This document shows, one piece after another, positions 1 through 9,719 of a stretch of DNA of 64,000 nucleotides. Within the stretch, counting starts at the first letter, position 1, and every line of letters starts with the position of its first letter. The notes under the pieces were generated by a model. It was not told where the DNA came from and ran no database searches. It saw nothing but the letters and a program-made list of their open reading frames with translations. A program made the translations under genes and the position numbers. The stretch is from a virus (lineage: Duplodnaviria > Heunggongvirae > Uroviricota > Caudoviricetes). The stretch lies in IMG/VR virus record IMGVR_UViG_3300012346_000380, positions 160,001-224,000 of that record, one strand, 5' to 3'.

Positions 1-1199
1 CCTGATGTTCCATCAATTCCAGAAGTTCCGTTTTCACCTGAAGCTCCTTGTGCTCCATCAATACCTGAAGTTCCATCTTGACCATCAATTCCAGAAGTAC
101 CATCTAAACCATCGATTCCAGATGTTCCATTTTGACCATCAATTCCAGATGTTCCATTTAAACCGTCAATACCTGAAGTACCACTAATTCCAGAAGTTCC
201 ATCTAAACCATCAATGCCTGAAGTTCCTGTTAAACCAGAAGAACCTGAAGTTCCACTAGTTCCATTTATATTTCCAGTATTTGCAGATCCGTATGCATCT
301 AAATTATAACTTATAGTTTGACCTATAGTCCAATTTGGAAATGTTAAAACTGGACTTTGCGATTTTGTTTCATATATTACATTAACTGCAATACCATCAC
401 TGTCATTGTCTATACCACCGCCTGAAGTAATGTCTAATCTTTCCCAACTGTCTATTTTATAAACAGCATAATGATATGGCGTATTTACATTTACTAACGT
501 GATTGTTCCAATAGCTCCGTCAGTATCAATTCTATTAATTAAGAAATTTTCTAAGATACCGTCTCTAACTTTATCAATATCTAAATTTCTAAATTTGATT
601 GTAGTTACTAATTCTGGTTGTGCATTATCAAATGACATTTTACCAAAATTAGTTGGATTTGCACCATTTATATTTTCTACAGAATATCTAGAAACTGGTT
701 GATCTTGTTTGCCATAAGTTGTTGTAGGTGTTCCACCTGTGCCACCAGTACCACCAGTACCGCCTGTTCCACCAGTACCACCTGTTCCATTTCCAGCACT
801 TAAAGATGCAATTGCAAGTCTAGGTAAAATATAAGTTTTAGCTGTAGGATAATAATTGGTAAAAGTTAAAGCTACTTCAACAAACAAATCACCCGTTAAA
901 ATAGTAGATGATTGGCTTTCAGTGATTGTAAAATTTAAATATCCGTGTGTTCCTTCGGCTGTAGTTCCAATAACTAATGGACTTGTAGTTCCAATAGATT
1001 GTGGATGTGAATACTGATATGTTTTTCTACCGACTGAATCGAATAGTGTGACTGTGATTGAGTCTGCTGTTGATAGATTTAATTGATTATTGATATAATC
1101 TTTAAAAACTACCAATTGAACGTCTTGCGCAGTGCCCTGTGAAAAATCTAACGGAGCGTCTATATACAATAAAACGTCATCTTTTGATACGTATGGCAT
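1..1199 (-). CDS. Collagen-like (G-X-Y, GTS-rich) fibre protein, 3' end runs off the window
   Basis: Read manually: ATG at 1199 (MPYVSKDDVLL...), open to the window edge; GTGGTGG linker, then GTS/GID/GLN triplets; missing from the ORF track because there is no stop in the window. Confidence 0.8.
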   Translation of the reverse strand, partial: MPYVSKDDVLLYIDAPLDFSQGTAQDVQLVVFKDYINNQLNLSTADSITVTLFDSVGRKTYQYSHPQSIGTTSPLVIGTTAEGTHGYLNFTITESQSSTILTGDLFVEVALTFTNYYPTAKTYILPRLAIASLSAGNGTGGTGGTGGTGGTGGTGGTPTTTYGKQDQPVSRYSVENINGANPTNFGKMSFDNAQPELVTTIKFRNLDIDKVRDGILENFLINRIDTDGAIGTITLVNVNTPYHYAVYKIDSWERLDITSGGGIDNDSDGIAVNVIYETKSQSPVLTFPNWTIGQTISYNLDAYGSANTGNINGTSGTSGSSGLTGTSGIDGLDGTSGISGTSGIDGLNGTSGIDGQNGTSGIDGLDGTSGIDGQDGTSGIDGAQGASGENGTSGIDGTS

Positions 1200-1224
1200 T
1201 ATGTGGATTTATTTTTTATTTGTT

Positions 1225-1935
1225 TTATATATCACCTTTTCTGATAGCATTAAAAACAACATACTTTAAAATAGGTAAAAGACAATTTTCAAGAGGCATT
1301 TCTCTTTTAACGTCGGCTCTAATACATTGAGTACCAGGATTTAAAACTGTAACCAGGCTTACGTTTTCGCTTAAAGTATGAAGATCATAATTTTCATTTA
1401 AATCATCAAATTCAAATTTTAAATTTTTCCAGTCTTCTTCTATTTTTGAAGGTCGGTTAAAATGGTATGTTAATACTTTTTTATCGTGAGTTATTACGTA
1501 TAAAATAGCGTCTGACCAAATTATTTTTTTAGTAGGAATTGCAGTTAAACTTATAGCGTTTGAGTTAATACGCCATTTATCTCTTAGAAATCGATATAAT
1601 TTTTCTAAGAGTTCAACACTTTCGTCTGAAAGATTTTCTATGATTTGTAGATATTCTGAATTTTCTGGATATTCATATAACAATGACATGTTATCCAAGT
1701 CTAGACCCTTCAAAACTTTCATTCTGTCGTCTAGTATGTTTTTTTCGTATTTGTATTTATATAAATCCTCTAATCTATTTTCTATTTCTATCAAAACATC
1801 ATACAGCTCGTCAGATTTTATCAACGCACTATATTTCTTAAGTGCTGATAAAAGCTTATACTTTTTGTGTTCGTAATCTATAGGTTCTGAGAATAACCAA
1901 TTTGAGTCTAATACATCCATGTGGTATTTATCCAC
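1225..1935 (-). CDS. Hypothetical protein
   Basis: 236-aa ORF in a co-oriented cluster. Confidence 0.7.
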   Translation of the reverse strand: MDKYHMDVLDSNWLFSEPIDYEHKKYKLLSALKKYSALIKSDELYDVLIEIENRLEDLYKYKYEKNILDDRMKVLKGLDLDNMSLLYEYPENSEYLQIIENLSDESVELLEKLYRFLRDKWRINSNAISLTAIPTKKIIWSDAILYVITHDKKVLTYHFNRPSKIEEDWKNLKFEFDDLNENYDLHTLSENVSLVTVLNPGTQCIRADVKREMPLENCLLPILKYVVFNAIRKGDI

Positions 1936-1945
1936 TCACGATCCA

Positions 1946-2551
1946 TTAAATAACTCTACTATAACCTATTTGTTGTTTTTCATAGTTATAATTTGACATA
2001 ATTTTATCCCAGTATTTTTGATATTTTGAATTTTCTGGTTTTAAAATATGTTTAGGTATTTCTACAAAGTATCTGCGAATAGCATCTACTTTTTCAAAGC
2101 TAAATTCTTCACCTTTGTTTTTGAATGCGAAATAAAAATATAATTGTCTTGTGGTACCTTCGAAAGAATCCATAACATTATTAACTTCGTCTAATTCTAT
2201 TTCGAATTCTTCAGACAAAGCTTTAGCTAGTTCAGATAAACAACTTAATTCTTCGCTTAAATGGTGTGATAAAATCTTCTCTCTGCGTTTATTATATTTT
2301 TTACGAACATAATTCAACATATCTTGTTGTGTTTCTTCAGAACATCTATTAAAATTAGGAGTAGCTTTAACTTCTTCCAATTCTGCTTCGTATACAACTT
2401 CTTCTAATTTACATTCTAAATGTAAATGGTTGAATTCAAAATCTCCAGCTTCTATGCGCTGAAGTAATGGGCTTAAACCCTTAAAATAGTATTGTTTCGG
2501 TAATTTGATAGGTGCATAAAAGCGTCTCCACCATGTAAAAGCTCTACTCAT
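1946..2551 (-). CDS. Hypothetical protein
   Basis: 201-aa ORF downstream of an early-type promoter. Confidence 0.7.
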   Translation of the reverse strand: MSRAFTWWRRFYAPIKLPKQYYFKGLSPLLQRIEAGDFEFNHLHLECKLEEVVYEAELEEVKATPNFNRCSEETQQDMLNYVRKKYNKRREKILSHHLSEELSCLSELAKALSEEFEIELDEVNNVMDSFEGTTRQLYFYFAFKNKGEEFSFEKVDAIRRYFVEIPKHILKPENSKYQKYWDKIMSNYNYEKQQIGYSRVI

Positions 2552-2587
2552 ATTATTATATTATAATGTTATGTTATTATGTTATTA

Positions 2588-2628
2588 CAAATATACACAA
2601 AAAAGCCCAAACTAAAAAATCTGGGCTT
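2588..2628 (-). promoter_or_regulatory. Terminator hairpin fused to early (host sigma) promoter; repeated cassette
   Basis: Minus strand AAGCCCAGATTTTTTAGTTTGGGCTTTTTTGTG-TATATTTG; similar copies at ~28347, ~36601, ~52842 and ~62442. Confidence 0.65.
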
Positions 2629-2632
2629 ACTT

Positions 2633-2953
2633 TTATTTTCGTACTTTAACCTTTTCTTTATTAGGTTGAAATATTTTTAATTCGTTTCCTGTGTATTCTA
2701 ATGGATCTACTGTTAATCCCCATTGTAAAATAAACCAGCTTACTTCATTTTCCGCATTTTTAGAACTTAGTTTTAATTCTTGCATAATTCTACGTTTAGC
2801 ATATTCTGCAAATTCTGATTCAGCTGCTTTAGATGTTTTAAATTTAGTAAACCATTTAGGATCATCTATTACATCTTCGTATTTTTTACCGAATGGTTCT
2901 AATTGTTTATTGATGAGCTCTACGAAAAGCTCTCTTTGTTTATCTCTTCTCAT
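2633..2953 (-). CDS. Hypothetical protein
   Basis: 106-aa ORF tightly packed with neighbours. Confidence 0.65.
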   Translation of the reverse strand: MRRDKQRELFVELINKQLEPFGKKYEDVIDDPKWFTKFKTSKAAESEFAEYAKRRIMQELKLSSKNAENEVSWFILQWGLTVDPLEYTGNELKIFQPNKEKVKVRK

Positions 2954-2954
2954 T

Positions 2955-3164
2955 TTAGTTATTTAATAATTCAACTGGTTTAAGAATATCTGAATCTGTG
3001 AGATGGATAAATTTATTAATTTCTAAACTTACCATAACAGTATTGTGTTCTTGATTATTATAATATAATAATACAGTGTCTGGTTTAATTTCACTGTACC
3101 ATTCTAATTTTAGAATATTGTGATACTTTACAACATCTTCTGTATTAATATAAATATAAATCAT
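2955..3164 (-). CDS. Hypothetical protein
   Basis: 69-aa ORF whose start overlaps the clpP stop. Confidence 0.55.
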   Translation of the reverse strand: MIYIYINTEDVVKYHNILKLEWYSEIKPDTVLLYYNNQEHNTVMVSLEINKFIHLTDSDILKPVELLNN

Positions 3165-3850
3165 TATTTTCTAGATTTTGGTTTAACTACTTTGTCAATA
3201 ATACCATATTTAACTGCATCTTCTGCGCTTAACCAAAAATCTCTAGTAGCGTCTTTCATTACAGTATCAGCTGTCTTACCACAATAAGATCCTAAAAGTT
3301 CAAATAGAATTTTGTTAACTTTTTGCCATTCTTTCCAGTCGATTTCTGCGTCTTGAATATTTCCGCTAAATCCACCTGAAGATTGGTGTAACATTGTTGT
3401 TGAAAATCTTAATGAACTTCTTTTACCTTTTGTTCCAGCACCCAATAAAACTGATCCCATTGAAGCTGCCATACCTGTATTTACAGTTGCAATATCAGCA
3501 TTGATATAATCCATAACATCAACCATTGATAGACCTGACTTAACAGAACCACCGGGGGAGTCAATGTGCATCGTAATATCTTCTTTACCTACAGAATCTA
3601 AAAACATTAATTGAGCTTGAACTACAGTTGACATATTGTCATTTACTGGACCAGCAACCCATAAAACTCTTTCCATCATTAATCTAGAAAAAATATCCAT
3701 TTGTACTGCACGTAGTTCACGTTCTTCTAAAATATATGGAGTCATCGATGCATTAACACCTTTTTGGAATGAATCTAAATTTGATGAAGATAATCCAAAT
3801 TCTGATTTAGCGTATCTTTGAAATTCTTGTTCTTTTGGAATGTATATCAT
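3164..3850 (-). CDS. clpP: ATP-dependent Clp protease proteolytic subunit
   Basis: MDIFSRLMMER, IDSPGGSV, catalytic Ser in GMAASMGS, His in MLHQ, RDFWLSAEDAVKYGIID. Confidence 0.95.
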   Translation of the reverse strand: MIYIPKEQEFQRYAKSEFGLSSSNLDSFQKGVNASMTPYILEERELRAVQMDIFSRLMMERVLWVAGPVNDNMSTVVQAQLMFLDSVGKEDITMHIDSPGGSVKSGLSMVDVMDYINADIATVNTGMAASMGSVLLGAGTKGKRSSLRFSTTMLHQSSGGFSGNIQDAEIDWKEWQKVNKILFELLGSYCGKTADTVMKDATRDFWLSAEDAVKYGIIDKVVKPKSRK

Positions 3851-3851
3851 T

Positions 3852-4160
3852 TTAAATATTTTGTTTAATTTGTTTAATCATGTCGCAAGTTTCATATTCT
3901 TCTAATCCTTCGAAATATTCCATTGCTTTACCTAGAGATTTTGACCAATTGTCACCTATATTCTCTAGTATTAAAGTACTTTTGTTATTATAATCATCTA
4001 TAATATAACACAGTACACTTTCTGTTTCAATCAACTCAATACGATTTAAAATATATTGAACTATTCTTCTATAAAACAGATCTACATCGTGCATGGCGTC
4101 GTGTACGTCTTCTATAGAATCATTAGATTGCTTGACCCTGAGAGTTGGTATGTTTGCCAT
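3852..4160 (-). CDS. Hypothetical protein with UvrB/C (UVR)-like C-terminal motif
   Basis: C-terminal AMEYFEGLEEYETCDMIKQI resembles the UVR coiled-coil (EEYE.A..I). Confidence 0.5.
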   Translation of the reverse strand: MANIPTLRVKQSNDSIEDVHDAMHDVDLFYRRIVQYILNRIELIETESVLCYIIDDYNNKSTLILENIGDNWSKSLGKAMEYFEGLEEYETCDMIKQIKQNI

Positions 4161-5028
4161 ATACTTTTATATTAAGATATTCTGATAATAACTCTCTGTA
4201 TTGTTCTTGCGTAGCATCTGATTCAACTAGAGTATTTACATTTTTAATAAAATCTAAACCTTTAACGCATGTTACTTGTTCTAATTTATTATTAACATGT
4301 TGGTGATAGTAGAATAATGGTTTTTTCAAGATCATTTCATATTGAATAGGTGCAGATCCATTAGATTTAATTTTGTCTGCTAATTCAAAATGATGTTGGT
4401 AGAAATGAATATTATCGGCGAAATGTGTGTATGTGCCTAATTCTAAATTTGTGTATGCTTCTTCTTTTAACCAAAGATACATGTGTTGGTGCACGAATGC
4501 AAAGAATGGTGCATCGAATGTAAGACCATAGAAAATATCGTTTGATCTCATTTGAACTTTCATATTCAATTTGTTATCTCTGATAAAGAAATTTAAGTAC
4601 ATTGTACAAACAAAATCTTTATTACCTTCAAATTGATATTTAGGTTGATTTAAGAATGCAATAGCCTGTCTTGTATTTTTATCTTTCTTTAAAGAATCCA
4701 AACACCATGCTAATTGATCATTGAATAATAAGGCACCGTAATTTGAATTGATTTCATTAGTACCTGGATTTGTAATGTTTTTCCAAAAATTAGAAAACTT
4801 ATTGATGTAATCGATATTGGTATCTTTTTGTAAGTACCAAGCTAATTCGCCAGCAAAATATTTAAAGTTAAATTTACGATCTTCGAAATTTGCAATAGGT
4901 CTAGTCGAATCTACGTCTATTTGGCCATAAATTAATTCTTTGACTTTAAGATCTCTAGGTTGTGATATCGAACCTTTGCGTTCGATATCACGTATTAAAG
5001 ATATAAATGTTTCTGAGAAGTTATTCAT
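4123..5028 (-). CDS. Thymidylate-synthase-fold enzyme, probable dCMP hydroxymethylase/methylase
   Basis: NSNYG, RQAI, KDFVCT (catalytic Cys), MRSNDIFYGLTFD with Asp at the ThyA Asn177 position, HFY. Confidence 0.8.
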   Translation of the reverse strand: MNNFSETFISLIRDIERKGSISQPRDLKVKELIYGQIDVDSTRPIANFEDRKFNFKYFAGELAWYLQKDTNIDYINKFSNFWKNITNPGTNEINSNYGALLFNDQLAWCLDSLKKDKNTRQAIAFLNQPKYQFEGNKDFVCTMYLNFFIRDNKLNMKVQMRSNDIFYGLTFDAPFFAFVHQHMYLWLKEEAYTNLELGTYTHFADNIHFYQHHFELADKIKSNGSAPIQYEMILKKPLFYYHQHVNNKLEQVTCVKGLDFIKNVNTLVESDATQEQYRELLSEYLNIKVYGKHTNSQGQAI

Positions 5029-5066
5029 ATAATATTGTATTAATAATGTATTTTAATCTTATACTA

Positions 5067-7076
5067 CTATTTTAGAGAAAGTTTATCAGATCCTTTAATA
5101 TGATTGATTGTATAAACTTTATCTCCAACTTTCATTGTATTATCTAAAATATTATCTGACAATAAATCTTCTACATAATTTTGAATTGCTCTTTTAATTG
5201 GTCTAGCACCAAATTGTTGATCGTAACCGGCTTGAGCTAAAAACACTTTTGATTGCTTTGTAAATTTGATGTTATATCCTTGATCGTACATTCTTTCGAT
5301 AACATCCATCAATTCTAAATCTACGATTGCAATAACGTCCTCTTCTTTTAAATGATCGAATAGAATAATATCATCCATTCTATTTAAAAATTCAGGTGCA
5401 AATTTATTCTTAAGTTCTTTTCTAACGATAGCTTCAACTTTGGCTTTGTTTGTACCAATATTTGTATCACTATCAAATCCAATGCCTGTTCCAAATTCTG
5501 CCACTTTACGTGCACCAATATTAGACGTCATGATTATAATTGTATTAGTAAAATCTACAGTACGTCCTAAAGAATCTGTTAATCTACCATCGTCTAAAAC
5601 TTGCAATAAAGTATTAAATGTATCTGGGTGTGCTTTTTCAATTTCATCAAATAAAACAACAGAATATGGTTTACGTCTTACTGCTTCAGTTAATTGTCCA
5701 CCTTCTTCATAACCAACATAACCTGGAGGTGGTCCGACTAAACGAGATACGTTGAATTTTTCTTGGTATTCACTCATATCTAATCTGATCATAGCATCTT
5801 CAGAGCCATAATAATATCTTGCAAGAGCTTTAACTGTTTCAGTTTTACCAACACCAGTAGGTCCTAAAAACATGAATGACCCGATTGGTTTTCTAGAGCT
5901 AGAAACTCCAGTTCTAGATCTTCTAACAACTCTACATAAAGCATCTACAGCTTCGTCTTGTCCAATAATAAGTTTCTTTAATTCGTCTGCCATTTTCATG
6001 ATGATTTTCTTTTCATCACCATTTAATCTTGTTACAGGAATTCCAGTTATATCAGCTATAACTCCGGCTACATCTTCTTCAGTTACCTTTGTTTTTTTGT
6101 CTCTGATGTTTTGTTCCCACTCTTTGATTTTTGCATCAATTTCATTTTTCTTATTGATTTCAGCATCTCTGTAGAATGCAGCCTGTTCATAATCTTGTTT
6201 GGTTACAGCTTCTACTTTAGCTAATCTAGCATCATCAACTTCTTTTTCTAATTTCTTAACGAATTCAGGAACTTTGATTTCTTGCATGTGAATTTTTGCA
6301 CCAGCTTCATCCATAACATCGATAGCTTTGTCCGGTAATTCTCTTTGAGTAATATAACGTTCACTTAAATTAACACATGCATATAAAGCATCTTCTGTAT
6401 AAACTACAGCATGATGATCTTCATATTTGTCTTTGATTCTTTTTAAGATCTCAACAGTATCTTCACATGACGGTGGATCGATGAAAACTTCTTGGAAACG
6501 ACGCGTTAATGCTCCATCGCTTTCAATATTTTCTCTATATTCGTCTAGTGTAGTTGCACCGATACATTGTACTTGTCCACGTGCCAATGCTGGCTTAAGA
6601 ATATTAGAAGCATCTAAAGATCCTCCAGCTCCACCTGCACCAACTAAAGTATGAATCTCATCGATGAATAGAATAATATCAGTGTTGTCTTTTAATTCCT
6701 CAACAATATTTTTCATTCTCTCTTCAAATTCACCTCTGTATTTTGTACCTGCTACAATATTATTGATATTAAGTGAAATGATTCTTTTATTAAAAAGAGT
6801 TCTAGCTACTTTTTTATCTATAATTCTCTGAGCGATAGCTTCTACTAATGCGGTTTTACCAACACCCGGGTCCCCTAAAATAATAGGATTGTTTTTCTTT
6901 CTACGAGAAAGAATTTGACATATACGGTGTACTTCTTTTTCACGACCAATAATAGCATCTAATTTACCTTCTGATGCCATTTGTGTTAAGTCTTCGCCAA
7001 ATTGATCCAACAACGTAGTTGACTTTGGTTTCTTTTTATTGCCGCCTCTACCGAAACTTTCTTCAATGTTATCCAT
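5067..7076 (-). CDS. clpC: ClpC/ClpA-type AAA+ unfoldase lacking the N-terminal Clp-repeat domain
   Basis: Two Walker A motifs (GDPGVGKT, GPTGVGKT), IDEIH, RRFQ, UVR middle domain, GYVGYEEGG pore loop, GARPIKR; start moved to MDNIEE. Confidence 0.9.
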   Translation of the reverse strand: MDNIEESFGRGGNKKKPKSTTLLDQFGEDLTQMASEGKLDAIIGREKEVHRICQILSRRKKNNPIILGDPGVGKTALVEAIAQRIIDKKVARTLFNKRIISLNINNIVAGTKYRGEFEERMKNIVEELKDNTDIILFIDEIHTLVGAGGAGGSLDASNILKPALARGQVQCIGATTLDEYRENIESDGALTRRFQEVFIDPPSCEDTVEILKRIKDKYEDHHAVVYTEDALYACVNLSERYITQRELPDKAIDVMDEAGAKIHMQEIKVPEFVKKLEKEVDDARLAKVEAVTKQDYEQAAFYRDAEINKKNEIDAKIKEWEQNIRDKKTKVTEEDVAGVIADITGIPVTRLNGDEKKIIMKMADELKKLIIGQDEAVDALCRVVRRSRTGVSSSRKPIGSFMFLGPTGVGKTETVKALARYYYGSEDAMIRLDMSEYQEKFNVSRLVGPPPGYVGYEEGGQLTEAVRRKPYSVVLFDEIEKAHPDTFNTLLQVLDDGRLTDSLGRTVDFTNTIIIMTSNIGARKVAEFGTGIGFDSDTNIGTNKAKVEAIVRKELKNKFAPEFLNRMDDIILFDHLKEEDVIAIVDLELMDVIERMYDQGYNIKFTKQSKVFLAQAGYDQQFGARPIKRAIQNYVEDLLSDNILDNTMKVGDKVYTINHIKGSDKLSLK

Positions 7077-7089
7077 TCTTATTTGTTTA

Positions 7090-7545
7090 TTATTTTGATA
7101 AATTATCTGCCGCATTCACAGCAGGCAAAAGGTCTGGTTTAATTCTTGGTTTTATTCCCATAGATTGTACATATCCAGTAGCTGCGGCAACTAATTTATT
7201 AGAAGCATGCTTTTCATTGCTATTTAGATCAAGATCTATGTTATGTATATTTATACCATTTTCGCGGAGATACATTGCTAGAGAAACTGATTTTTCAACT
7301 TCATTCCACAATTTTGTCCACATATCATTAATTCTGTCAATCTTTTCTCTTTGAAACAAGACATGACATCCAGCTTCTCCGATATGGATCACTACTGTTG
7401 TAACATAAGTTGTATATACGCCTTTATTATGAGAATCACATCCGATATAAATTCTTAAATTTGAATTTTTATTGTTCTTGATGTATTCTTTTAAATATGA
7501 TGCGATTTCAACTTTTTCATACCCTGTTAATTTTTGAAATAGCAT
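7090..7545 (-). CDS. RNase H-like YkuK (DUF458) family protein
   Basis: IYIGCDSH, LWNEVEKS, IDLDLN, AADNL motifs; start moved to MLFQK to avoid overlap. Confidence 0.7.
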   Translation of the reverse strand: MLFQKLTGYEKVEIASYLKEYIKNNKNSNLRIYIGCDSHNKGVYTTYVTTVVIHIGEAGCHVLFQREKIDRINDMWTKLWNEVEKSVSLAMYLRENGINIHNIDLDLNSNEKHASNKLVAAATGYVQSMGIKPRIKPDLLPAVNAADNLSK

Positions 7546-7546
7546 C

Positions 7547-8215
7547 TTAGAAATTTGTTGATTGATCTGTTTTATATTTTTCCGTGAATTCACGAATTTT
7601 GTCTCTAGCTTCTTCTGCTGTATCAACGATTCTAAAAAGGTTTAAATCTTTATCGCTAATCATTCCATTTTCAACAGCAACTTCTTTTAACCATTCGATT
7701 AGGCCTGTCCAATATTCTTTACCAACTAAAACGATTGGATATTTTATATTGTGACCGCATTGAGCAAGAGTAACTGCTTCAAAGAATTCATCTAAAGTTC
7801 CAAGACCACCTGGAAATACTGCAAATCCTTGTGAATATTTAAGGAACATTACCTTTCTTGTAAAGAAATATCTACATTCAACACCAAGATCTACATATTG
7901 GTTCATACCAGCTTCAAATGGTAATTCAATTCCAATTCCAATAGATTTACCACCAACTTCATTTGCGCCCTGATTAGCAGCTTGCATGATTCCAGGACCA
8001 CCTCCAGTAATTACGCCAAATCCTTCTCTACTTATAAGAGCTCCGAATTTTCTGGCTTCTTCATACCATTTACTACCAACTTTAGTTCTAGCACTACCGA
8101 AAACCGAAACACAAGATCCTAATTCATTAAATGTATCAAATCCTTTTGTGAATTCCCCTTGAATCCTCAAGATTTGCCATGCATCTTCTGCTTTTTGTTC
8201 ATTTTTACTTATCAT
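7547..8215 (-). CDS. LOG family nucleotide phosphoribohydrolase (TIGR00730-like)
   Basis: VFGSAR, TGGGPGIM, RKVMF and PGGLGTLDE signature. Confidence 0.9.
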   Translation of the reverse strand: MISKNEQKAEDAWQILRIQGEFTKGFDTFNELGSCVSVFGSARTKVGSKWYEEARKFGALISREGFGVITGGGPGIMQAANQGANEVGGKSIGIGIELPFEAGMNQYVDLGVECRYFFTRKVMFLKYSQGFAVFPGGLGTLDEFFEAVTLAQCGHNIKYPIVLVGKEYWTGLIEWLKEVAVENGMISDKDLNLFRIVDTAEEARDKIREFTEKYKTDQSTNF

Positions 8216-8436
8216 TATTCTTGTGTTACTTTACCTAAGTTAGTAAGAGACCTTTGCACGCATGCATTACACAAAACTCTTACAGAATTTTCACTACATT
8301 TTACATAAACATCACAAGCCCCATTTTCTGGCGCAAAAGCTGCATATTTACTAGTAGCTGGATTTGAATTTTGACAAAGCATCGCATGTTGTCCATCGAT
8401 TTTCTTAGTCTTATAATTGTATGTTAACTCTGCCAT
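8215..8436 (-). CDS. Small Cys-rich hypothetical protein (possible Zn-binding)
   Basis: 73 aa with five Cys including CNAC. Confidence 0.55.
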   Translation of the reverse strand: MAELTYNYKTKKIDGQHAMLCQNSNPATSKYAAFAPENGACDVYVKCSENSVRVLCNACVQRSLTNLGKVTQE

Positions 8437-8437
8437 T

Positions 8438-8698
8438 TTATTTTTTTATTTTAGTAGTTTCGAATTTGTTTTTAATTAATTTGTTTAGAGCAGATCCATG
8501 AGATTCTGATAAAACAAACTCAGTGTAAGTTTCAGCGTCTACGTCTTTATATGAATAGTTGGTACCATTCTTAAAAGTTACTATTAGTATTTTCGAATCT
8601 ACGATATACATAGTCGAGTCTAACGTAGAACTATCATACTCATTTAATTTAACTAGACCCATTATAGGATCGTGATTTACATTTGCATTTTTAATCAT
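8438..8698 (-). CDS. KTSC domain protein
   Basis: SS.L....Y......LIVTFKNG..YSYKDV....Y..F..SESHG pattern. Confidence 0.8.
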   Translation of the reverse strand: MIKNANVNHDPIMGLVKLNEYDSSTLDSTMYIVDSKILIVTFKNGTNYSYKDVDAETYTEFVLSESHGSALNKLIKNKFETTKIKK

Positions 8699-9150
8699 AG
8701 TACATTTATTTTAAGGTTATATTTAAAGATTCGCATTTTGTTTCTTGTTTTTAATCTGGGTGCTAATATAAAACAAATCTTTGACACTAAAAAATCTTTT
8801 AGCAATTATTTTACTATTTATGGGGAAAAATCTTAGCTGGGGGATTTAATTCGCAGGGTTTCAAGCCCTTAGGAAAATTACAGTACTTTCTTTTTTATAC
8901 CATTATAATATATTAGGTCTCTGTCTACTCAGGAAGCCCTTGCAGACCCACATACTTTATTAAATAACGGTGATTTCGCGGCCCTACTCAAATGAGTCTA
9001 AGGACACATATACTTTTTAAAATTGAATGAGAATGAGATTTGGCGCAATGCAACCCCCTTAATAGACCTTACCTTTAGAAGAAACCCATACTTATACAAT
9101 CTGGGCCCAGAAAGGTTTCAAAAAGTTTCAATTATTTTATACTCTTTTTT

Positions 9151-9702
9151 CTAACGCTTAAAGTTTGGTAGAGTAAATTTAGGTATCTGAATACTTGGAG
9201 TAGGCTTAAAGGCCGGCGCGCTTTGCTTTGGCATGTCTGAGACGTTCATGTTGGGCTTAGTCATTTTGGTTTCCGGTCTTTCAGGTCCTTTGGTCCCATC
9301 AGCCACCTTTGGGTTTATACTACTCTGTTTATCTGTAGGGCTTGGCGTTTCTCCTGCGGGTGTTTGACTACTCGAGCCCTTCACTTTGTCCGACATATAA
9401 CTCTGAGCCTTTTTTGATAAAATATCAGAGAAGCCGGTGGTTTCCCGGTTGCCTTCTGGCATACTAACAGGCTCAGGCCCTTTGGCTCCTTTGAGTCCTT
9501 CGGCGCCTTTAGTAACCGGCGGAGTTTTGATCGAGTCAGTTTGGGTACTGATAGGTTTGGCGGCGCCTTTAAGCTCAGAGGACTGTTTACCCACATTTGC
9601 GTTAAAACCTTTAGACGTACCAGATTGGGTTAGTCCTGACGCATCGATTGCGTTGGCGTTCTGATTGGTACCTTTGGCGGCGTTTTGAGCTAAATCTTCC
9701 AT
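9151..9702 (-). CDS. Low-complexity Pro/Thr/Ser/Lys-rich protein
   Basis: 183-aa ORF directly downstream of the AATATATAG late-type motif (9706-9714). Confidence 0.6.
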   Translation of the reverse strand: MEDLAQNAAKGTNQNANAIDASGLTQSGTSKGFNANVGKQSSELKGAAKPISTQTDSIKTPPVTKGAEGLKGAKGPEPVSMPEGNRETTGFSDILSKKAQSYMSDKVKGSSSQTPAGETPSPTDKQSSINPKVADGTKGPERPETKMTKPNMNVSDMPKQSAPAFKPTPSIQIPKFTLPNFKR

Positions 9703-9719
9703 GGTCTATATATTAGGGC

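Noticed and set aside
1-260. Short-period repeats (CCTGAAGTT, CCATCAAT) and the plus-strand ORF 5..187
   Set aside because: These are the reverse complement of Gly-X-Y codons of the minus-strand fibre gene; not a CRISPR array and not a real plus-strand gene.
4123-5028. Annotation as ordinary thyA
   Set aside because: Asp replaces the dUMP-specifying Asn and the PCH loop is DFVCT, as in dCMP hydroxymethylases.
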